A DNA stretch of 64,000 nucleotides from Candidatus Methylomirabilia bacterium (GTDB taxonomy: Bacteria; Methylomirabilota; Methylomirabilia; Rokubacteriales; CSP1-6): positions 1 through 64,000 of the forward strand of contig JBGQEL010000010.1 of NCBI GenBank assembly GCA_041496385.1. The letters are read 5' to 3'. Under the pieces are notes generated by a model. It was not told where the DNA came from, searched no databases, and worked only from the letters and a program-made list of their open reading frames with translations. Each line of letters opens with the position of its first letter. The stretch's first letter is position 1. The translations under genes and the position numbers were made by a program. Shown here in pieces: positions 33,960 through 46,580 of this stretch.

Positions 33960-34706
33960 CTAGCGCGGATAGACGACGCGGACCAGCGCGAGGCCTTGCG
34001 CGGGCGCCGTCGCGCCCGCCAGACGGCGGTCGCCCGAGGCGAGCACCTTCGCGAGCCACTCCGGATCGCGGGCACCGCGGCCGACGGCGACGGCGCTGCC
34101 GACGATGTTGCGCGCCATGTGGTGGAGAAAGCGGTCCGCGGAGAAGACCAGCGCGACGCGGTCGCCGCGACGGACGACGTGCACCGCCCGGATGCGGCAG
34201 AGGGGATTCTTCTGCCGTCCGGGCGCAGCGCAGAAAGCGCCGAAATCGTGGCGGCCGATCAGGTGGCCGAGCGCCCGCCGCATCGCCTGGAGATCGAGCC
34301 GCTCGGGCACGTGCCAGGCGTACCGGCGGAGCAGCGGGCTGGCCACGCGCCCAGTGTCCAGCAGATACGCGTAGCGTTTGCCGACGGCGGCGTGCCGGGC
34401 GTCGAAGCCGTCGGCGGCGGCGCGGGCCGAGAGGATCCGGATGTCGCGCGGCAGCCGCGCGTTGAGCGCGCCGGCAATGGCCTCCGGTGCCAGTCGTGCG
34501 GACGTCGTCAGCGACGCCGCCTGGCGAAGCGCGTGGACGCCCGCGTCGGTTCGCGAGGCGCCGACGACGCGCGCGTCGGCGTCGAGTGTCTGCGCCGCGC
34601 GGAGCAGCGTGCCCTGCACCGTCGCGCCCGCGGCCTGGACCTGCCAGCCGCGGTAGTCGGTGCCGTCGTAGGACAGCACGAGCAGGACGGTGGAGACGGG
34701 CGCTAT
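33960..34706 (-). CDS. truA: tRNA pseudouridine(38-40) synthase (probable ATA start)
   Basis: SYDGTDYRGWQVQ, ASRTDAGVHA, FLHHMARNIVG, TAPAQGL; start inferred at the ATAG overlap. Confidence 0.9.
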   Translation of the reverse strand: MAPVSTVLLVLSYDGTDYRGWQVQAAGATVQGTLLRAAQTLDADARVVGASRTDAGVHALRQAASLTTSARLAPEAIAGALNARLPRDIRILSARAAADGFDARHAAVGKRYAYLLDTGRVASPLLRRYAWHVPERLDLQAMRRALGHLIGRHDFGAFCAAPGRQKNPLCRIRAVHVVRRGDRVALVFSADRFLHHMARNIVGSAVAVGRGARDPEWLAKVLASGDRRLAGATAPAQGLALVRVVYPR

Positions 34707-35032
34707 CGCGGCGGCGGGCGGCGGCGGTCCGCCTGGACGGGCATCACCGTCAGCCAGACGATCGCGACCAGGACGAAGAGCACGATGTCCACGATGACGC
34801 CGAGGTCCAGGTGCGTCAGCTGCTCGGGGATGCCGCGCTGCTTGAGCCATTCCTGGCGCTGGGAGTCCTTGGGCTCGTAGTAGGCGGGCGCGTAGCCCTG
34901 GAGCGCGTCGATGTAGCGCACGACGACCGGCACCGCGACGTAAGCGACGACGATGATCGTCAGGATCACCGCCAGGTGGAACCGCTCCTGATAGCCGAAG
35001 CGCCGGTGGTAGTAGCGCCGGAGCGACATCAT
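34703..35032 (-). CDS. small two-TM membrane protein, unknown function
   Basis: Two hydrophobic helices; AAGGAG RBS; between asd and truA. Confidence 0.7.
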   Translation of the reverse strand: MMSLRRYYHRRFGYQERFHLAVILTIIVVAYVAVPVVVRYIDALQGYAPAYYEPKDSQRQEWLKQRGIPEQLTHLDLGVIVDIVLFVLVAIVWLTVMPVQADRRRPPPR

Positions 35033-35068
35033 CCGCGCCCACTCCTTCCGTGCGGGTCGAGCCTGGGG

Positions 35069-36073
35069 CTACCCCAGCAGCAGCTCGGCAATCTGCACCG
35101 CGTTCGTGGCCGCGCCCTTCCGCAGCTGGTCGCCGACCACCCAGAAGCAGAGGCCGGTCGGGCTCCCGAGGTCCTCGCGGATCCGGCCCACGAAGCAATC
35201 GTCCTGCCCCTCGACCTCCACGGGCATCGGGTAGCGGTGCCGGGCCGGGTCGTCCCAGAGACGGAGCCCCGGGAACCGCGCGAAGAGCTCGCGCGCCCGC
35301 TCGGGCGTCACCCGCGTCTCGGTCTCAGCGGTCACGGCGACGGAGTGGCAGGTGAAGACCGGCACGCGCACGGTCGTGGGCGTGATGAGGACGTCCGGCG
35401 CCTCGAGGATCTTGCGCGTCTCGTGGACAAGCTTCATCTCCTCGCCCGTGTAGCCGTTCGGCCCGAACGTGTCGATGGCGGGGATCAGGTTGAAGGCGAT
35501 GCGGTGCGGGAAGTGGCGCGGCGTCATCGCCTCGCCGCGCGCCCAGGCGAGCGTCTGCTCCCGCAGCTCGGCGATTCCGTTCACGCCGGCGCCGGAGACC
35601 GCCTGGTAGCTCGTGGCGACCACGCGGCGGAGCCGGCCCGCGTCGTGGAGCGGCTTGAGCGGCATGACGGTGACGATCGTGGTGCAGTTCGGTGACGCGA
35701 GGATTCCGCGGTGGCTCTTCGCCGCATGCGCGTTGATCTCGGGAACGACGAGGGGCACGTGGGGATCCATCCGGAACGCGTTCGACTTGTCGATGACGGT
35801 CGCGCCCGCCCGCACGATCATGGGCGCGTACTCCTTCGACTGGGCCGAGCCCGCAGAGCAGAACGCGATCTCGACGCCCTCGAAGGCCGCCGGCTCGATG
35901 CGCTGGACGCGGACCGGCTCGCCCCGAAAGGTCACGCTCGTGCCGACCGAGCGCTCGGAGGCGAACGCCCGGAGCTCGCGCACCGGGAACTTCCGCTCCT
36001 CGAGGATCCGGAGGGTCATTTGTCCGGCCGCGCCCGTGGCGCCGACCAGGGCGACCGTCACGCCCGATGCCAT
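35069..36073 (-). CDS. asd: aspartate-semialdehyde dehydrogenase
   Basis: VGATGAAG, SPNCTT, SYQAVSGAG, QLRKGAATN. Confidence 0.96.
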   Translation of the reverse strand: MASGVTVALVGATGAAGQMTLRILEERKFPVRELRAFASERSVGTSVTFRGEPVRVQRIEPAAFEGVEIAFCSAGSAQSKEYAPMIVRAGATVIDKSNAFRMDPHVPLVVPEINAHAAKSHRGILASPNCTTIVTVMPLKPLHDAGRLRRVVATSYQAVSGAGVNGIAELREQTLAWARGEAMTPRHFPHRIAFNLIPAIDTFGPNGYTGEEMKLVHETRKILEAPDVLITPTTVRVPVFTCHSVAVTAETETRVTPERARELFARFPGLRLWDDPARHRYPMPVEVEGQDDCFVGRIREDLGSPTGLCFWVVGDQLRKGAATNAVQIAELLLG

Positions 36074-37158
36074 CAGTACTGGGCCTCCACCATCTTCACG
36101 ATCAGATCCCCCATGGCGCGCGTTCCGACCGGCTTCGTCCCCGCACCCGCGACGTCCGCGGTGCGATGCCCCTGCTCGAGCACCCCCTGCACCGCCCGCT
36201 CGACCCGGTCGGCGTCCTTCTCCATGTCGAGGGAGTATCGCAGGAGCAGGGCCGCCGAGAGGATCGCCGCGATCGGGTTCGCGATCCCCTTGCCGGCGAT
36301 GTCCGGCGCCGTCCCGTGCACGGGCTCGTAGAGGCCCACGGTTCCGCCGAGCGACGCCGACGGCAACATGCCCATCGAGCCCGCGAGAATCGCGGCCTCA
36401 TCGGACAAAATATCACCGAAGGTGTTCTCGGTCACAATTGTGTCGAAGTGGGTGGGCTTGTGGACGAGCGCCATGGCGCAGTTGTCCACCAGCACGTGCT
36501 CGAGCGCCACGTCCGGGTAGTCCCCTCCGACGCGCGTCACGACCTCCCGCCAGAGCTGCGAGACGACGAGCACGTTCGCCTTGTCCACCGAGGCGAGGCG
36601 CTTGCGGCGCTTGCGCGCGACCTCGAAGCCCATCCGTGCGATCCGCTCGATCTCCCGCTCCGTGTACACCATCGTGTTGACGGCGCGCGCCCCGCCGGCG
36701 CCGGAGCGCTCGATGCCCCGCGGCTCGCCGAAGTACAGGCCGCCGGTCAGCTCGCGAATGACCATCAGGTCGGTGCCCTCGACGACCGACCGCTTGAGCG
36801 GCGAGGCGTCGACGAGCATCGGGAAGCACTTCGCGGGGCGCAGGTTCGCGTAGAGGTCGAGCTCCTTGCGCAGCGCGAGAAGCCCGCGTTCGGGGCGCGT
36901 CTCATGCGGGACGTTGTCCCACTTCGGGCCGCCGACCGCGCCGAAGAGGATGGCGTGGGAGGCGCGGCACAGCTCGAGCGCCCCCGGGGCGAGCGGCCGG
37001 CCCGTCGCATCGATCGCGGCGCCGCCCACGAGCGCCTCCTCGAACTCGAAGGCCGCCCCGGTGCCCCTGGCGACCGCCTTCAGCACGCGCACCGCCTCCG
37101 GGGTGACCTCCTGACCGATGCCGTCGCCGGGCAGGAGCGCGATCTTGTAGGTGGGCAT
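36073..37158 (-). CDS. leuB: 3-isopropylmalate dehydrogenase
   Basis: [40 protein letters not shown]. Confidence 0.96.
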   Translation of the reverse strand: MPTYKIALLPGDGIGQEVTPEAVRVLKAVARGTGAAFEFEEALVGGAAIDATGRPLAPGALELCRASHAILFGAVGGPKWDNVPHETRPERGLLALRKELDLYANLRPAKCFPMLVDASPLKRSVVEGTDLMVIRELTGGLYFGEPRGIERSGAGGARAVNTMVYTEREIERIARMGFEVARKRRKRLASVDKANVLVVSQLWREVVTRVGGDYPDVALEHVLVDNCAMALVHKPTHFDTIVTENTFGDILSDEAAILAGSMGMLPSASLGGTVGLYEPVHGTAPDIAGKGIANPIAAILSAALLLRYSLDMEKDADRVERAVQGVLEQGHRTADVAGAGTKPVGTRAMGDLIVKMVEAQY

Positions 37159-37174
37159 CAGGCGCCCACGATCG

Positions 37175-38719
37175 TCATGGCCCGACTTCCTTGACGCGCT
37201 GGACGGCCGGCTGCGCGATGCGGTTGACCGCCGACAGGTAGGCGCGGGCGCTCGCCTCGATCACGTCGGTCGAGGAGCCCTTGCCCGAGACGATCGTCCC
37301 GTCGAAATCGACCTTCATCGCCACCTCGCCGATCGCGTCCTTGCCCGAGGTCGCCGCGCGCAGCGAGTAGTCCTGGAGCCGGCCCTTGAGCCCCGTGATC
37401 GCGTCGATCGCGGCGAGCACGGCGTCGACCGGGCCGTCGCCGACCCCCGAGTCCTGGAACACCTGTCCGTCCTTCTTGAGCTTCACCGTGGCCGACGGCA
37501 CCACGCCCGTGCCGCTGATGACGTGGAGGTACTCGATCTCGTACCCGGCCACCTGCTGGGTCACCTCGTCGGTGACGATCGCCATCAGGTCCTCGTCGTA
37601 GACCTCCTTCTTGCGGTCGGCGAGGCCCTTGAAGGACTTGAAGGCGCGGTCGAGGTCCACGGCCGGCAGGTCGAAGCCGAGATCCTTCAGCCGCGCCGCC
37701 AGCGCGTGGCGTCCCGAGTGCTTGCCGAGCACGAGCTTGTTCGACGGCCGTCCGATGTCCTCCGGCCGCATGATCTCGTACGTGAGCTTCTCCTTCAGCA
37801 CGCCGTCTTGATGGATCCCCGCCTCGTGCGCGAACGCATTCTCGCCGACGATCGCCTTGTTGGGCTGGACGTGCACGCCCGTGATGTGGGAGAGAAGGCG
37901 CGACGTCTTGAAGATCTGCTCGGTCCGCACGCGCGTGTCGACGCCGAAGAAGTCCTTGCGCGTCTTGAGCGCCATCACGATCTCCTCCAGCGAGGCGTTG
38001 CCCGCGCGCTCGCCGATCCCGTTGATCGTGCACTCGATCTGGCGCGCGCCGCTCATGAGCGCCGTGAGGGAGTTGGCGACCGCCTGGCCGAGGTCGTTGT
38101 GGCAGTGCACCGAGAGGACGACGCGGTCGATCCCCTGCACCCGCTCGCGGATCCGCGCGATCCGCTCGCCCCATTCGCGCGGGACCGCGTAGCCCACCGT
38201 GTCCGGAATGTTGATCGTCCCGGCGCCCGCCTCGATGACCGCCGAGAGCACGTCGCACATGTAGTCGAAGTCGGAGCGCGAGGCGTCCTCGGGCGAGAAC
38301 TCGACGTCCCCGCAGTACCCCCGCGCGTGCCGGACGGCCTCGACGGAGGCCTTCAGGATCTCGGCGCGCGACTTGCGGAGCTTGTACTTCAGGTGGATGT
38401 CCGAGGTCGCGACGAAGGTGTGGATGCGCGGCTTGGTCGCGTACTTCACCGCCTCCCAGCAGCGGTCGATGTCGCCGAGCCCGACGCGTGAGAGGCCGCA
38501 GATGGCCGGCGCGCCCTCCAGCGTCCCGACCTGCTTGGCGACCTCGCGTGTGGCCTCGAAATCCTCGTCCGACGAGATCGGGAACCCGGCCTCGATCACG
38601 TCCACCTGGAGCCGGGCCAGCTGGCGGGCCATCTCGAGCTTCTCCATCGTGTTCATCGAGAAGCCGGGCGCCTGCTCGCCGTCCCGCAACGTCGTGTCGA
38701 AGATGATGACGCGATCCAT
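37175..38719 (-). CDS. leuA: 2-isopropylmalate synthase
   Basis: [29 protein letters not shown], regulatory domain; ATG 38719. Confidence 0.96.
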   Translation of the reverse strand: MDRVIIFDTTLRDGEQAPGFSMNTMEKLEMARQLARLQVDVIEAGFPISSDEDFEATREVAKQVGTLEGAPAICGLSRVGLGDIDRCWEAVKYATKPRIHTFVATSDIHLKYKLRKSRAEILKASVEAVRHARGYCGDVEFSPEDASRSDFDYMCDVLSAVIEAGAGTINIPDTVGYAVPREWGERIARIRERVQGIDRVVLSVHCHNDLGQAVANSLTALMSGARQIECTINGIGERAGNASLEEIVMALKTRKDFFGVDTRVRTEQIFKTSRLLSHITGVHVQPNKAIVGENAFAHEAGIHQDGVLKEKLTYEIMRPEDIGRPSNKLVLGKHSGRHALAARLKDLGFDLPAVDLDRAFKSFKGLADRKKEVYDEDLMAIVTDEVTQQVAGYEIEYLHVISGTGVVPSATVKLKKDGQVFQDSGVGDGPVDAVLAAIDAITGLKGRLQDYSLRAATSGKDAIGEVAMKVDFDGTIVSGKGSSTDVIEASARAYLSAVNRIAQPAVQRVKEVGP

Positions 38720-38733
38720 GTGCCCCCCCCGAC

Positions 38734-39531
38734 TCACGGATGCTCCTTGACGTGCTCGATCGGTACGGCAGCGGGCGCCGGCGCGCGTCCCACGATCAGC
38801 CGCCGGACCGGGCCCGAGAGCGCGTACCCGACGAAGATAAGAAACAGGAAGAGCTCGTGGCTCGTGGCCACGATCATGACGCCCAGCACGACCACCAGCA
38901 GCGTCTGCAGCGGCCGGCGGCGCGCGAAGTCGAGCTCCTTGAAGCTCCAGTAGCGAAAGGTCGACACCATCAGCAGCGCGACGAGGTAGGTGCCGACGGC
39001 GATCGAGACGAGCAGCGAGCGCGAGGCGGGCGCGCCCTGGAGCAGGATCACGGCGGAGCCCACCACGCCCGCGGCCGCCGGCGTCGAGAGGCCGACGAAG
39101 TACCGGCGGTCCACCGTGCCCGTGTGGATGTTGAAGCGCGCCAGGCGCAGCGCGCCGCAGATCACGAACAGGAAGGCGCCGAACCACGCCGGGCGCCCCA
39201 GCGCCGAGAGCGCGAACGAGTAGACGAGAAACGCCGGCGCCACGCAGAACGAGACGACGTCGGCGAGCGAGTCGAACTCCACGCCGAACTGGCTGGTCGC
39301 CTTCATGAGTCGCGCCACGCGCCCGTCCAGAAGATCCATGATCATCGCCACGAAGATCGCGAGCGCCGCCTCCGTGTAGCGATTCTCGACCGTCAGGAGC
39401 AGCGCGAAAAAGCCGCAGAACAGGTTGCCCGTCGTGAGCAGACTCGGGAGCAGGAAGATCCCGCGGCTCCGCTTCTCCCGAAGGTCGTGCCAGCGCCGCC
39501 GCCTGGGTCCCCTGTTGTGCCGCCGGATCAC
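38734..39531 (-). CDS. pssA: CDP-diacylglycerol--serine O-phosphatidyltransferase
   Basis: LPSLLTTGN, DLLDGRVAR...G.EFDSLAD, LRLARFN; GTG 39531 overlaps psd stop. Confidence 0.92.
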   Translation of the reverse strand: MIRRHNRGPRRRRWHDLREKRSRGIFLLPSLLTTGNLFCGFFALLLTVENRYTEAALAIFVAMIMDLLDGRVARLMKATSQFGVEFDSLADVVSFCVAPAFLVYSFALSALGRPAWFGAFLFVICGALRLARFNIHTGTVDRRYFVGLSTPAAAGVVGSAVILLQGAPASRSLLVSIAVGTYLVALLMVSTFRYWSFKELDFARRRPLQTLLVVVLGVMIVATSHELFLFLIFVGYALSGPVRRLIVGRAPAPAAVPIEHVKEHP

Positions 39532-40157
39532 GCCGCCACTCCGAGCACCGTCACGCCGCCGACGACGCGATCGCCGGCCCGCACGCGCACGTCCGTCCCG
39601 CGCGGCATGACGCAGTCCGTCCGCGAGCCGAAGCGGATCATCCCAAAACGCTCGCCCGCCTCGAGCTTGTCGCCGGGCCCGACGCGGCACACGATCCGGC
39701 GCGCGACGACGCCCGCGATCTGCACGACCGTCACGCGGAGGCTCTCGCCCTGCAGGTGCACGGTGCAGCGCTCGTTCGCCGCCTCCGCCTCCCGCCGGTA
39801 GGCGGCGAGGTACCGTCCGCGCGCATACACGGTACCCACGACGAGGCCCGCGATCGGCGAACGGTTGACGTGGACGTCGAGCGGCGACAGGAAGATCGCC
39901 ACGCGCACGGCCGGCCCCACGAACCGCTCCTCGATCTCGTCCACCGAGAGCACGCGCCCGTCGGCGGGCGCGAGGACGCCGCCCGGCACCGACGGCACGT
40001 CGCGCTCGGGGTCACGGAAGAAGCCGAGCGCGGCGAGCGACGCGGCGGCGAACGGCGCGGCGAGCGCGCGGCGGCCCGTCAGCGCGAGCCCCGCGGCCAC
40101 GATGCCCGGGACCAGGATAAAGGGCCAGCCTTCGCGCGCGACGGGGAGCTTCGTCAC
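39528..40157 (-). CDS. psd: phosphatidylserine decarboxylase proenzyme
   Basis: FFRDPER, APADG, FLSPLDVHVNR, IRFGS cleavage motif. Confidence 0.93.
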   Translation of the reverse strand: MTKLPVAREGWPFILVPGIVAAGLALTGRRALAAPFAAASLAALGFFRDPERDVPSVPGGVLAPADGRVLSVDEIEERFVGPAVRVAIFLSPLDVHVNRSPIAGLVVGTVYARGRYLAAYRREAEAANERCTVHLQGESLRVTVVQIAGVVARRIVCRVGPGDKLEAGERFGMIRFGSRTDCVMPRGTDVRVRAGDRVVGGVTVLGVAA

Positions 40158-40158
40158 G

Positions 40159-41163
40159 TCACATTCTCGGCGGCTTGATCCAGGACATCATCGCCCGGAG
40201 CCGCTTGCCGACGTCCTCGATCGGATGCTCGGCGTCGCGCCGGCGCATCGCGAGGAACCCGGCGCGGTTGGCCTGGTTCTCGAGCACCCACTCGCGCGCG
40301 AACTGCCCCGACTGGATCTCGCCGAGGATCTTCTTCATCTCGGCCTTCGTCTCGGGGCTCACGATGCGCGGGCCGCGCGTGTAGTCGCCGTACTCCGCGG
40401 TGTCCGAGACCGAGTAGCGCATGTAGGCGAGCCCGCCCTGGTAGAACAGGTCGACGATCAGCTTCATCTCGTGCATGCACTCGAAGTACGCGACCTCGGG
40501 CTGGTAGCCGGCCTCGACGAGCGTCTCGAACGCCGCCTTGATCAGGTGCGAGATACCGCCACAGAGCGCCGCTTGTTCGCCGAAGAGATCCGTCTCCGTT
40601 TCTTCCTTGAACGTCGTCTCGAGCACGCCCGCGCGGGTGCACCCCACGCCCTTGCCGTACGCGAGCGCCATGTCGCGCGCCTTGCCGCTGACGTCCTGGT
40701 AGACGGCGAGCAGCGCGGGGACACCCGGCCCCTGCGTGAACAGGTCGCGCATCACGTGGCCCGGTGCCTTGGGCGCGATCATCGTGACGTCCACGTCGGG
40801 CGGCGGCACCACCTGGTTGAAGTGGATGTTGAAGCCGTGGGCGAACATCAGCATCTTGCCCTTCCCGAGTCCGCCCTTGATCTCCGACTCGAAGACCTGG
40901 CGCTGGCTCTGGTCGGGCAGCAGCACCATGATCGCCTCCGCCATCTGGGCGGCCTCGTTCACGGTCGCCACCCGGAGCCCTTCCTTCTCGGCCTTCGCCC
41001 AGCTCTTCGAGCCCTTGTAGAGGCCGACGACGACGTCCAGGCCCGAGTCCTTCAGGTTCAGCGCGTGGGCGTGCCCCTGGCTGCCGTAGCCGATGATCGC
41101 GATCTTCTTGCCCTTGAGCAGGCCGAGATCGGCGTCCTGGTCGTAGTAGATCTTCGCGGGCAT
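40159..41163 (-). CDS. ilvC: ketol-acid reductoisomerase
   Basis: [32 protein letters not shown]. Confidence 0.97.
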   Translation of the reverse strand: MPAKIYYDQDADLGLLKGKKIAIIGYGSQGHAHALNLKDSGLDVVVGLYKGSKSWAKAEKEGLRVATVNEAAQMAEAIMVLLPDQSQRQVFESEIKGGLGKGKMLMFAHGFNIHFNQVVPPPDVDVTMIAPKAPGHVMRDLFTQGPGVPALLAVYQDVSGKARDMALAYGKGVGCTRAGVLETTFKEETETDLFGEQAALCGGISHLIKAAFETLVEAGYQPEVAYFECMHEMKLIVDLFYQGGLAYMRYSVSDTAEYGDYTRGPRIVSPETKAEMKKILGEIQSGQFAREWVLENQANRAGFLAMRRRDAEHPIEDVGKRLRAMMSWIKPPRM

Positions 41164-41189
41164 CTCGTGTGTCCTTTCGTCTGTGAGTG

Positions 41190-41764
41190 TTAGTCGGCGA
41201 AGCCGACCACCTTCGGATCGTCGGTGACGCGCGGCTTCCGGGGCGCCTCGGCGCGCCGCGCGCGCGTCTTCGGGCCGCGCGCGATCACGACCTTGCCCGT
41301 CCGCACGACCTCCTGGATCCCCATGGGGCGCAGCAGCTCGACCAGGGCCTCGAGCTTGCCCTCGTCGCCCGTGGCTTCGAGGACGAACGAGCTCTGGGTG
41401 ACATCGATCACGCGCGCCCGGAAGATGTCGGCCGTCCGGAGGATCTCCGCCCGGTTCGACGGTTCCGCGTTCACCCGGATGAGGACGAGCTCGCGCTCGA
41501 CGTGACTCTCGTCGGTGAGATCGGTCACCTTGATCACGTCGATGAGCTTGTGCAGCTGCTTCGTCACCTGCTCGATGACGAACTCGTCGCCGCGCACGAC
41601 GAGGGTCATCCGGGAGACCGACGGGTCGAGCGTCTCGCCCACCGACAGGCTCTCGATGTTGTAACCGCGCGCCGAGAACAGCCCGGCGACCCGCGAGAGG
41701 ACGCCGAACTTGTTCTCGACCTGGACCGCGATCGTGTGCTTCCGGGGCTCGCTGCCGTTCTGCA

Positions 41765-41765
<1 letters not shown>
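41190..41765 (-). CDS. ilvN: acetolactate synthase small subunit
   Basis: [27 protein letters not shown] domain; ATG 41765. Confidence 0.94.
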
Positions 41766-43519
<1,754 letters not shown>

Positions 43520-43576
43520 TGACAGGTCCTCCCAGAGCAGTCCGGCCGTGGCCGGGACTTCCTCGCTGAGTCGGCG

Positions 43577-46282
43577 CTACGCATTCGGGGCCCCTTCGGC
43601 CGACGCCTCGCGCACCTTGAGCCGGGCCTGCGCCGCGCTGAGCCGCGCGATCGGGATCATGAACGGCGAGCACGACACGTAGCTCATGTTCACCCGGTGG
43701 CAGAACTCCACGGACGACGGCTCGCCGGCGTGCTCGCCGCAGATGCCGATCTTGAGGTCCGGCCGCGTGCGGCGGCCGCGCTCGATGCCGATCTTGATCA
43801 GCTCGCCGACACCCTCCTGGTCGAGAACCGAGAAGGGATCGTGCGCCAGCACCCCCTTCTGCAGGTAGTCCGGCAAGAACTTCGCGACGTCGTCCCGGCT
43901 GTACCCGAACGTCATCTGGGTGAGGTCGTTGGTGCCGAAGGAGAAGAATTCGGCGTCCTGCGCGATCTTGTCGGCGATGAGCGCCGCGCGCGGGACCTCG
44001 ATCATGGTGCCGATCAGGTACTTGACCGGCACGCCCATCTCCACGAGGACGGCGTCGGCGACCTTCTTGGTGTTGTCGTGCGTGAGCCGCATCTCACCGA
44101 CGGTGCCGGTGAGCGGGATCATGATCTCGGGCTCGACCTTCACGCCGCGCTCGGCCACGGTACAGGCCGCCTCCATGATGGCGCGCACCTGCATCGCGTA
44201 GATCTCGGGCGAGGTGATGCCGAGCCGGCAACCGCGGTGGCCGAGCATCGGGTTGGCCTCGCGCAGCGAATCGATCTTGCCGATCTTCTCGTCGAGCTCG
44301 GCCTGGAGCGCCGGGTTGATGTTGAGCGCCTCGAGGCGCGCCCGCTCCTCGAGCATGTCGCGGTACTCCTTGGGATTCGCGAGGAACTCGTGCAGCGGCG
44401 GATCGAGGAGCCGGATCGTCACGGGCAGACCATCCATCGCCTCGAAGATTCCGACGAAGTCGTCGCGCTGGAACGGCAGCAGCTTCTGCACGGCCGCGCG
44501 GCGCTTGACATGGTCGCCGGCCATGATCATCTCGCGCATGATCGGGATACGGTCGGCGGCGAAGAACATGTGCTCCGTACGCACGAGCCCGATGCCCTCG
44601 GCGCCGAAGTCGCGCGCCTTCCGCGCGTCCTCCGGCGTGTCGGCGTTGGCGCGGACGCCGAGCGTGCGATACCGGTCCGCCCACGCCAGGAACTCCTTGA
44701 ACTCCGGGGCGAGGCCGCCCTCGATGGTCTTCACCGCATCGAGGATCACTTCGCCGCTCCCGCCGTCGATCGAGACGATATCGCCCTCGCGCACCTTCCG
44801 GCCCGCGGCCGTGAAGATCCGCCGCGTCTCGTCGACGACGATCTCCCCGGCGCCCACGATGCAGGACTTCCCCATCCCCACGGCCACGACGGCGGCGTGC
44901 GACGTCCGCCCGCCGCGCGCGGTCACGATCCCGCGCGACGCGTACATGCCCGCGACGTCCTCCGGCGAGGTCTCCGGCCGGACGAGGATCACGGCGCGGC
45001 CCTCCTTGCCCCACTCCACCGCGCGGTCGGCGTCGAAGACGACCTCGCCCACCGCCGCGCCGGGCGCCGCGGGGAGCCCCCGGGCGAGCAACCGTCCGCG
45101 CGCGATCGCCTGCTCCTTGTCGGCGGCGTCGAAGCCCGGATGAAGCACCTGGTGCAGATCTTGAGGTCGGACGCGCAGGAGCGCCGTGTGCTGGTCGATG
45201 ACCGCCTCGTGCACGAGGTCGACGGCCACCTTCACCGCGGCCGCCGCCGACCGCTTGCCGGCGCGAGTCTGGAGCAGGTAGAGCCTGCCCTCCTGGATCG
45301 TGAACTCGATGTCCTGCATGTCCTTGTAGTGACGCTCGAGCCGCCCGGCGATGGCGAGCAGGTCGTCGTAGATCTCCGGCATCCGCCGCTTGAGGTCGTC
45401 GATGTGCTCGGGCGTCCGGATGCCCGCCACCACGTCCTCGCCCTGAGCGTTGGCGAGGAACTCCGCGTAGAAGCGCTGCTCGCCCGTGCGCGGGTCGCGC
45501 GTGAACCCGACGCCGGTGCCGGAGGTCTCGCCGAGGTTCCCGAAGACCATCGCCATCACGCTGACGGCCGTCCCCCAGTCCGCCGGGATGTTGTTGATCC
45601 GCCGGTACTCCGTCGCCTTCTTGCCGAACCAGGAGTCGAACACGGCCTTGACCGCGAGATGCAGCTGTTCCTTGGGATCCTGCGGGAACGGCGCGCCCGT
45701 GCGCGAGCTGACGAGATCCTTGTACGTCTCCGTCAGCTTGCGCAGCTCGGCGGCCGGCACCTCGGGATCGGTTTTGATGCCGAGGCGCGCCTTGAGCGCG
45801 CTCAGGTGCTCGTCGAACACCTCACGCCGGATGCCCAGAACCACGTCGCCGAACATCGTGACGAACCGACGGTAGCAGTCCCAGGCGAACCGTTCGTTGT
45901 GCGTCCACGCGGCGAGCCCCTCGACCGTCGCGTCGTTGAGACCGAGGTTGAGGACCGTCTCCATCATGCCGGGCATGGAGACGCGCGCCCCCGAGCGGAC
46001 GGAGACCAGGAGAGGGCGCTTGGGGTCGCCGAGGCCGAGGCCGGCGTCGTGCTCGAGCTTCTCGAGGGCGCCGGCAACCTGCTCCCACAGGTCGTCCGGA
46101 ACCTGCCGCTTCGTCCGGTTGTAGTGCGCCCAGGCCTGCGTGGTGATCGTGAAGCCGGGCGGCACCGGAATGCCGAGGTTCGTCATCTCGGCGAGCTCGC
46201 ATCCCTTGCCGCCCAGGAGGTTGCGCATCACGGACGAGCCTTCAGCCTTGCCCGAACCGAAGGAGTAGACGTACTTGATCAT
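43577..46282 (-). CDS. ppdK: pyruvate, phosphate dikinase
   Basis: LLGGKG, VSVRSGA..SMPGMM, GGRTSHAAVV, RTEHMFF, GTNDLTQ. Confidence 0.97.
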   Translation of the reverse strand: MIKYVYSFGSGKAEGSSVMRNLLGGKGCELAEMTNLGIPVPPGFTITTQAWAHYNRTKRQVPDDLWEQVAGALEKLEHDAGLGLGDPKRPLLVSVRSGARVSMPGMMETVLNLGLNDATVEGLAAWTHNERFAWDCYRRFVTMFGDVVLGIRREVFDEHLSALKARLGIKTDPEVPAAELRKLTETYKDLVSSRTGAPFPQDPKEQLHLAVKAVFDSWFGKKATEYRRINNIPADWGTAVSVMAMVFGNLGETSGTGVGFTRDPRTGEQRFYAEFLANAQGEDVVAGIRTPEHIDDLKRRMPEIYDDLLAIAGRLERHYKDMQDIEFTIQEGRLYLLQTRAGKRSAAAAVKVAVDLVHEAVIDQHTALLRVRPQDLHQVLHPGFDAADKEQAIARGRLLARGLPAAPGAAVGEVVFDADRAVEWGKEGRAVILVRPETSPEDVAGMYASRGIVTARGGRTSHAAVVAVGMGKSCIVGAGEIVVDETRRIFTAAGRKVREGDIVSIDGGSGEVILDAVKTIEGGLAPEFKEFLAWADRYRTLGVRANADTPEDARKARDFGAEGIGLVRTEHMFFAADRIPIMREMIMAGDHVKRRAAVQKLLPFQRDDFVGIFEAMDGLPVTIRLLDPPLHEFLANPKEYRDMLEERARLEALNINPALQAELDEKIGKIDSLREANPMLGHRGCRLGITSPEIYAMQVRAIMEAACTVAERGVKVEPEIMIPLTGTVGEMRLTHDNTKKVADAVLVEMGVPVKYLIGTMIEVPRAALIADKIAQDAEFFSFGTNDLTQMTFGYSRDDVAKFLPDYLQKGVLAHDPFSVLDQEGVGELIKIGIERGRRTRPDLKIGICGEHAGEPSSVEFCHRVNMSYVSCSPFMIPIARLSAAQARLKVREASAEGAPNA

Positions 46283-46313
46283 GAGCGCGTGTCTCCCTCA
46301 CGACAGACAAAAA

Positions 46314-46352
46314 AGTCTTGTAAGACTACAGGATGGAGAGCATTCGCGTCAA
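46314..46352 (-). promoter_or_regulatory. proximal ppdK promoter (downstream of attenuator) with palindrome
   Basis: TTGACG-18 nt-TAGTCT; AGTCTT-gt-AAGACT inverted repeat at 46314-46327. Confidence 0.5.
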
Positions 46353-46395
46353 TCTTTCTCACGCCTTCTCCGTTCGAAAGAAGCCTCGGTCCCTG

Positions 46396-46433
46396 AAAAG
46401 CGAAAGGGCCACGGGTCGCTTCACCCGTGGCCC
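46396..46433 (-). terminator. attenuator intrinsic terminator
   Basis: GGGCCACGGGU-GAAGCG-ACCCGUGGCCC 11-bp stem followed by UUUCGCUUUU. Confidence 0.85.
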
Positions 46434-46487
46434 CCAGAGTTTCCATCGCCACGGGCCCATCTCCTGCCCGTGGCATCCGATCTCGCG

Positions 46488-46571
46488 TTACTTCGCGGAT
46501 GCTCCGGGCAGGCCCGGCAGCGCCAGCAGAATAATGCCTAGCGATGGTACCCGCGAGGTCATTGACGTCAT
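46488..46571 (-). CDS. Ile/Leu/Val-rich attenuation leader peptide, 27 aa (MTSMTSRVPSLGIILLALPGLPGASAK)
   Basis: Manual translation; AT-ending codons GTA, CTA, ATT ATT in a GC-rich genome; lies between promoter and terminator ahead of ilv/leu genes. Confidence 0.8.
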   Translation of the reverse strand: MTSMTSRVPSLGIILLALPGLPGASAK

Positions 46572-46580
46572 GGTGAAGGC

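Noticed and set aside
36433..36442. CACAATTGTG palindrome in an AT-richer patch of leuB
   Set aside because: Lies within coding sequence, is short, and has no supporting promoter; may be chance
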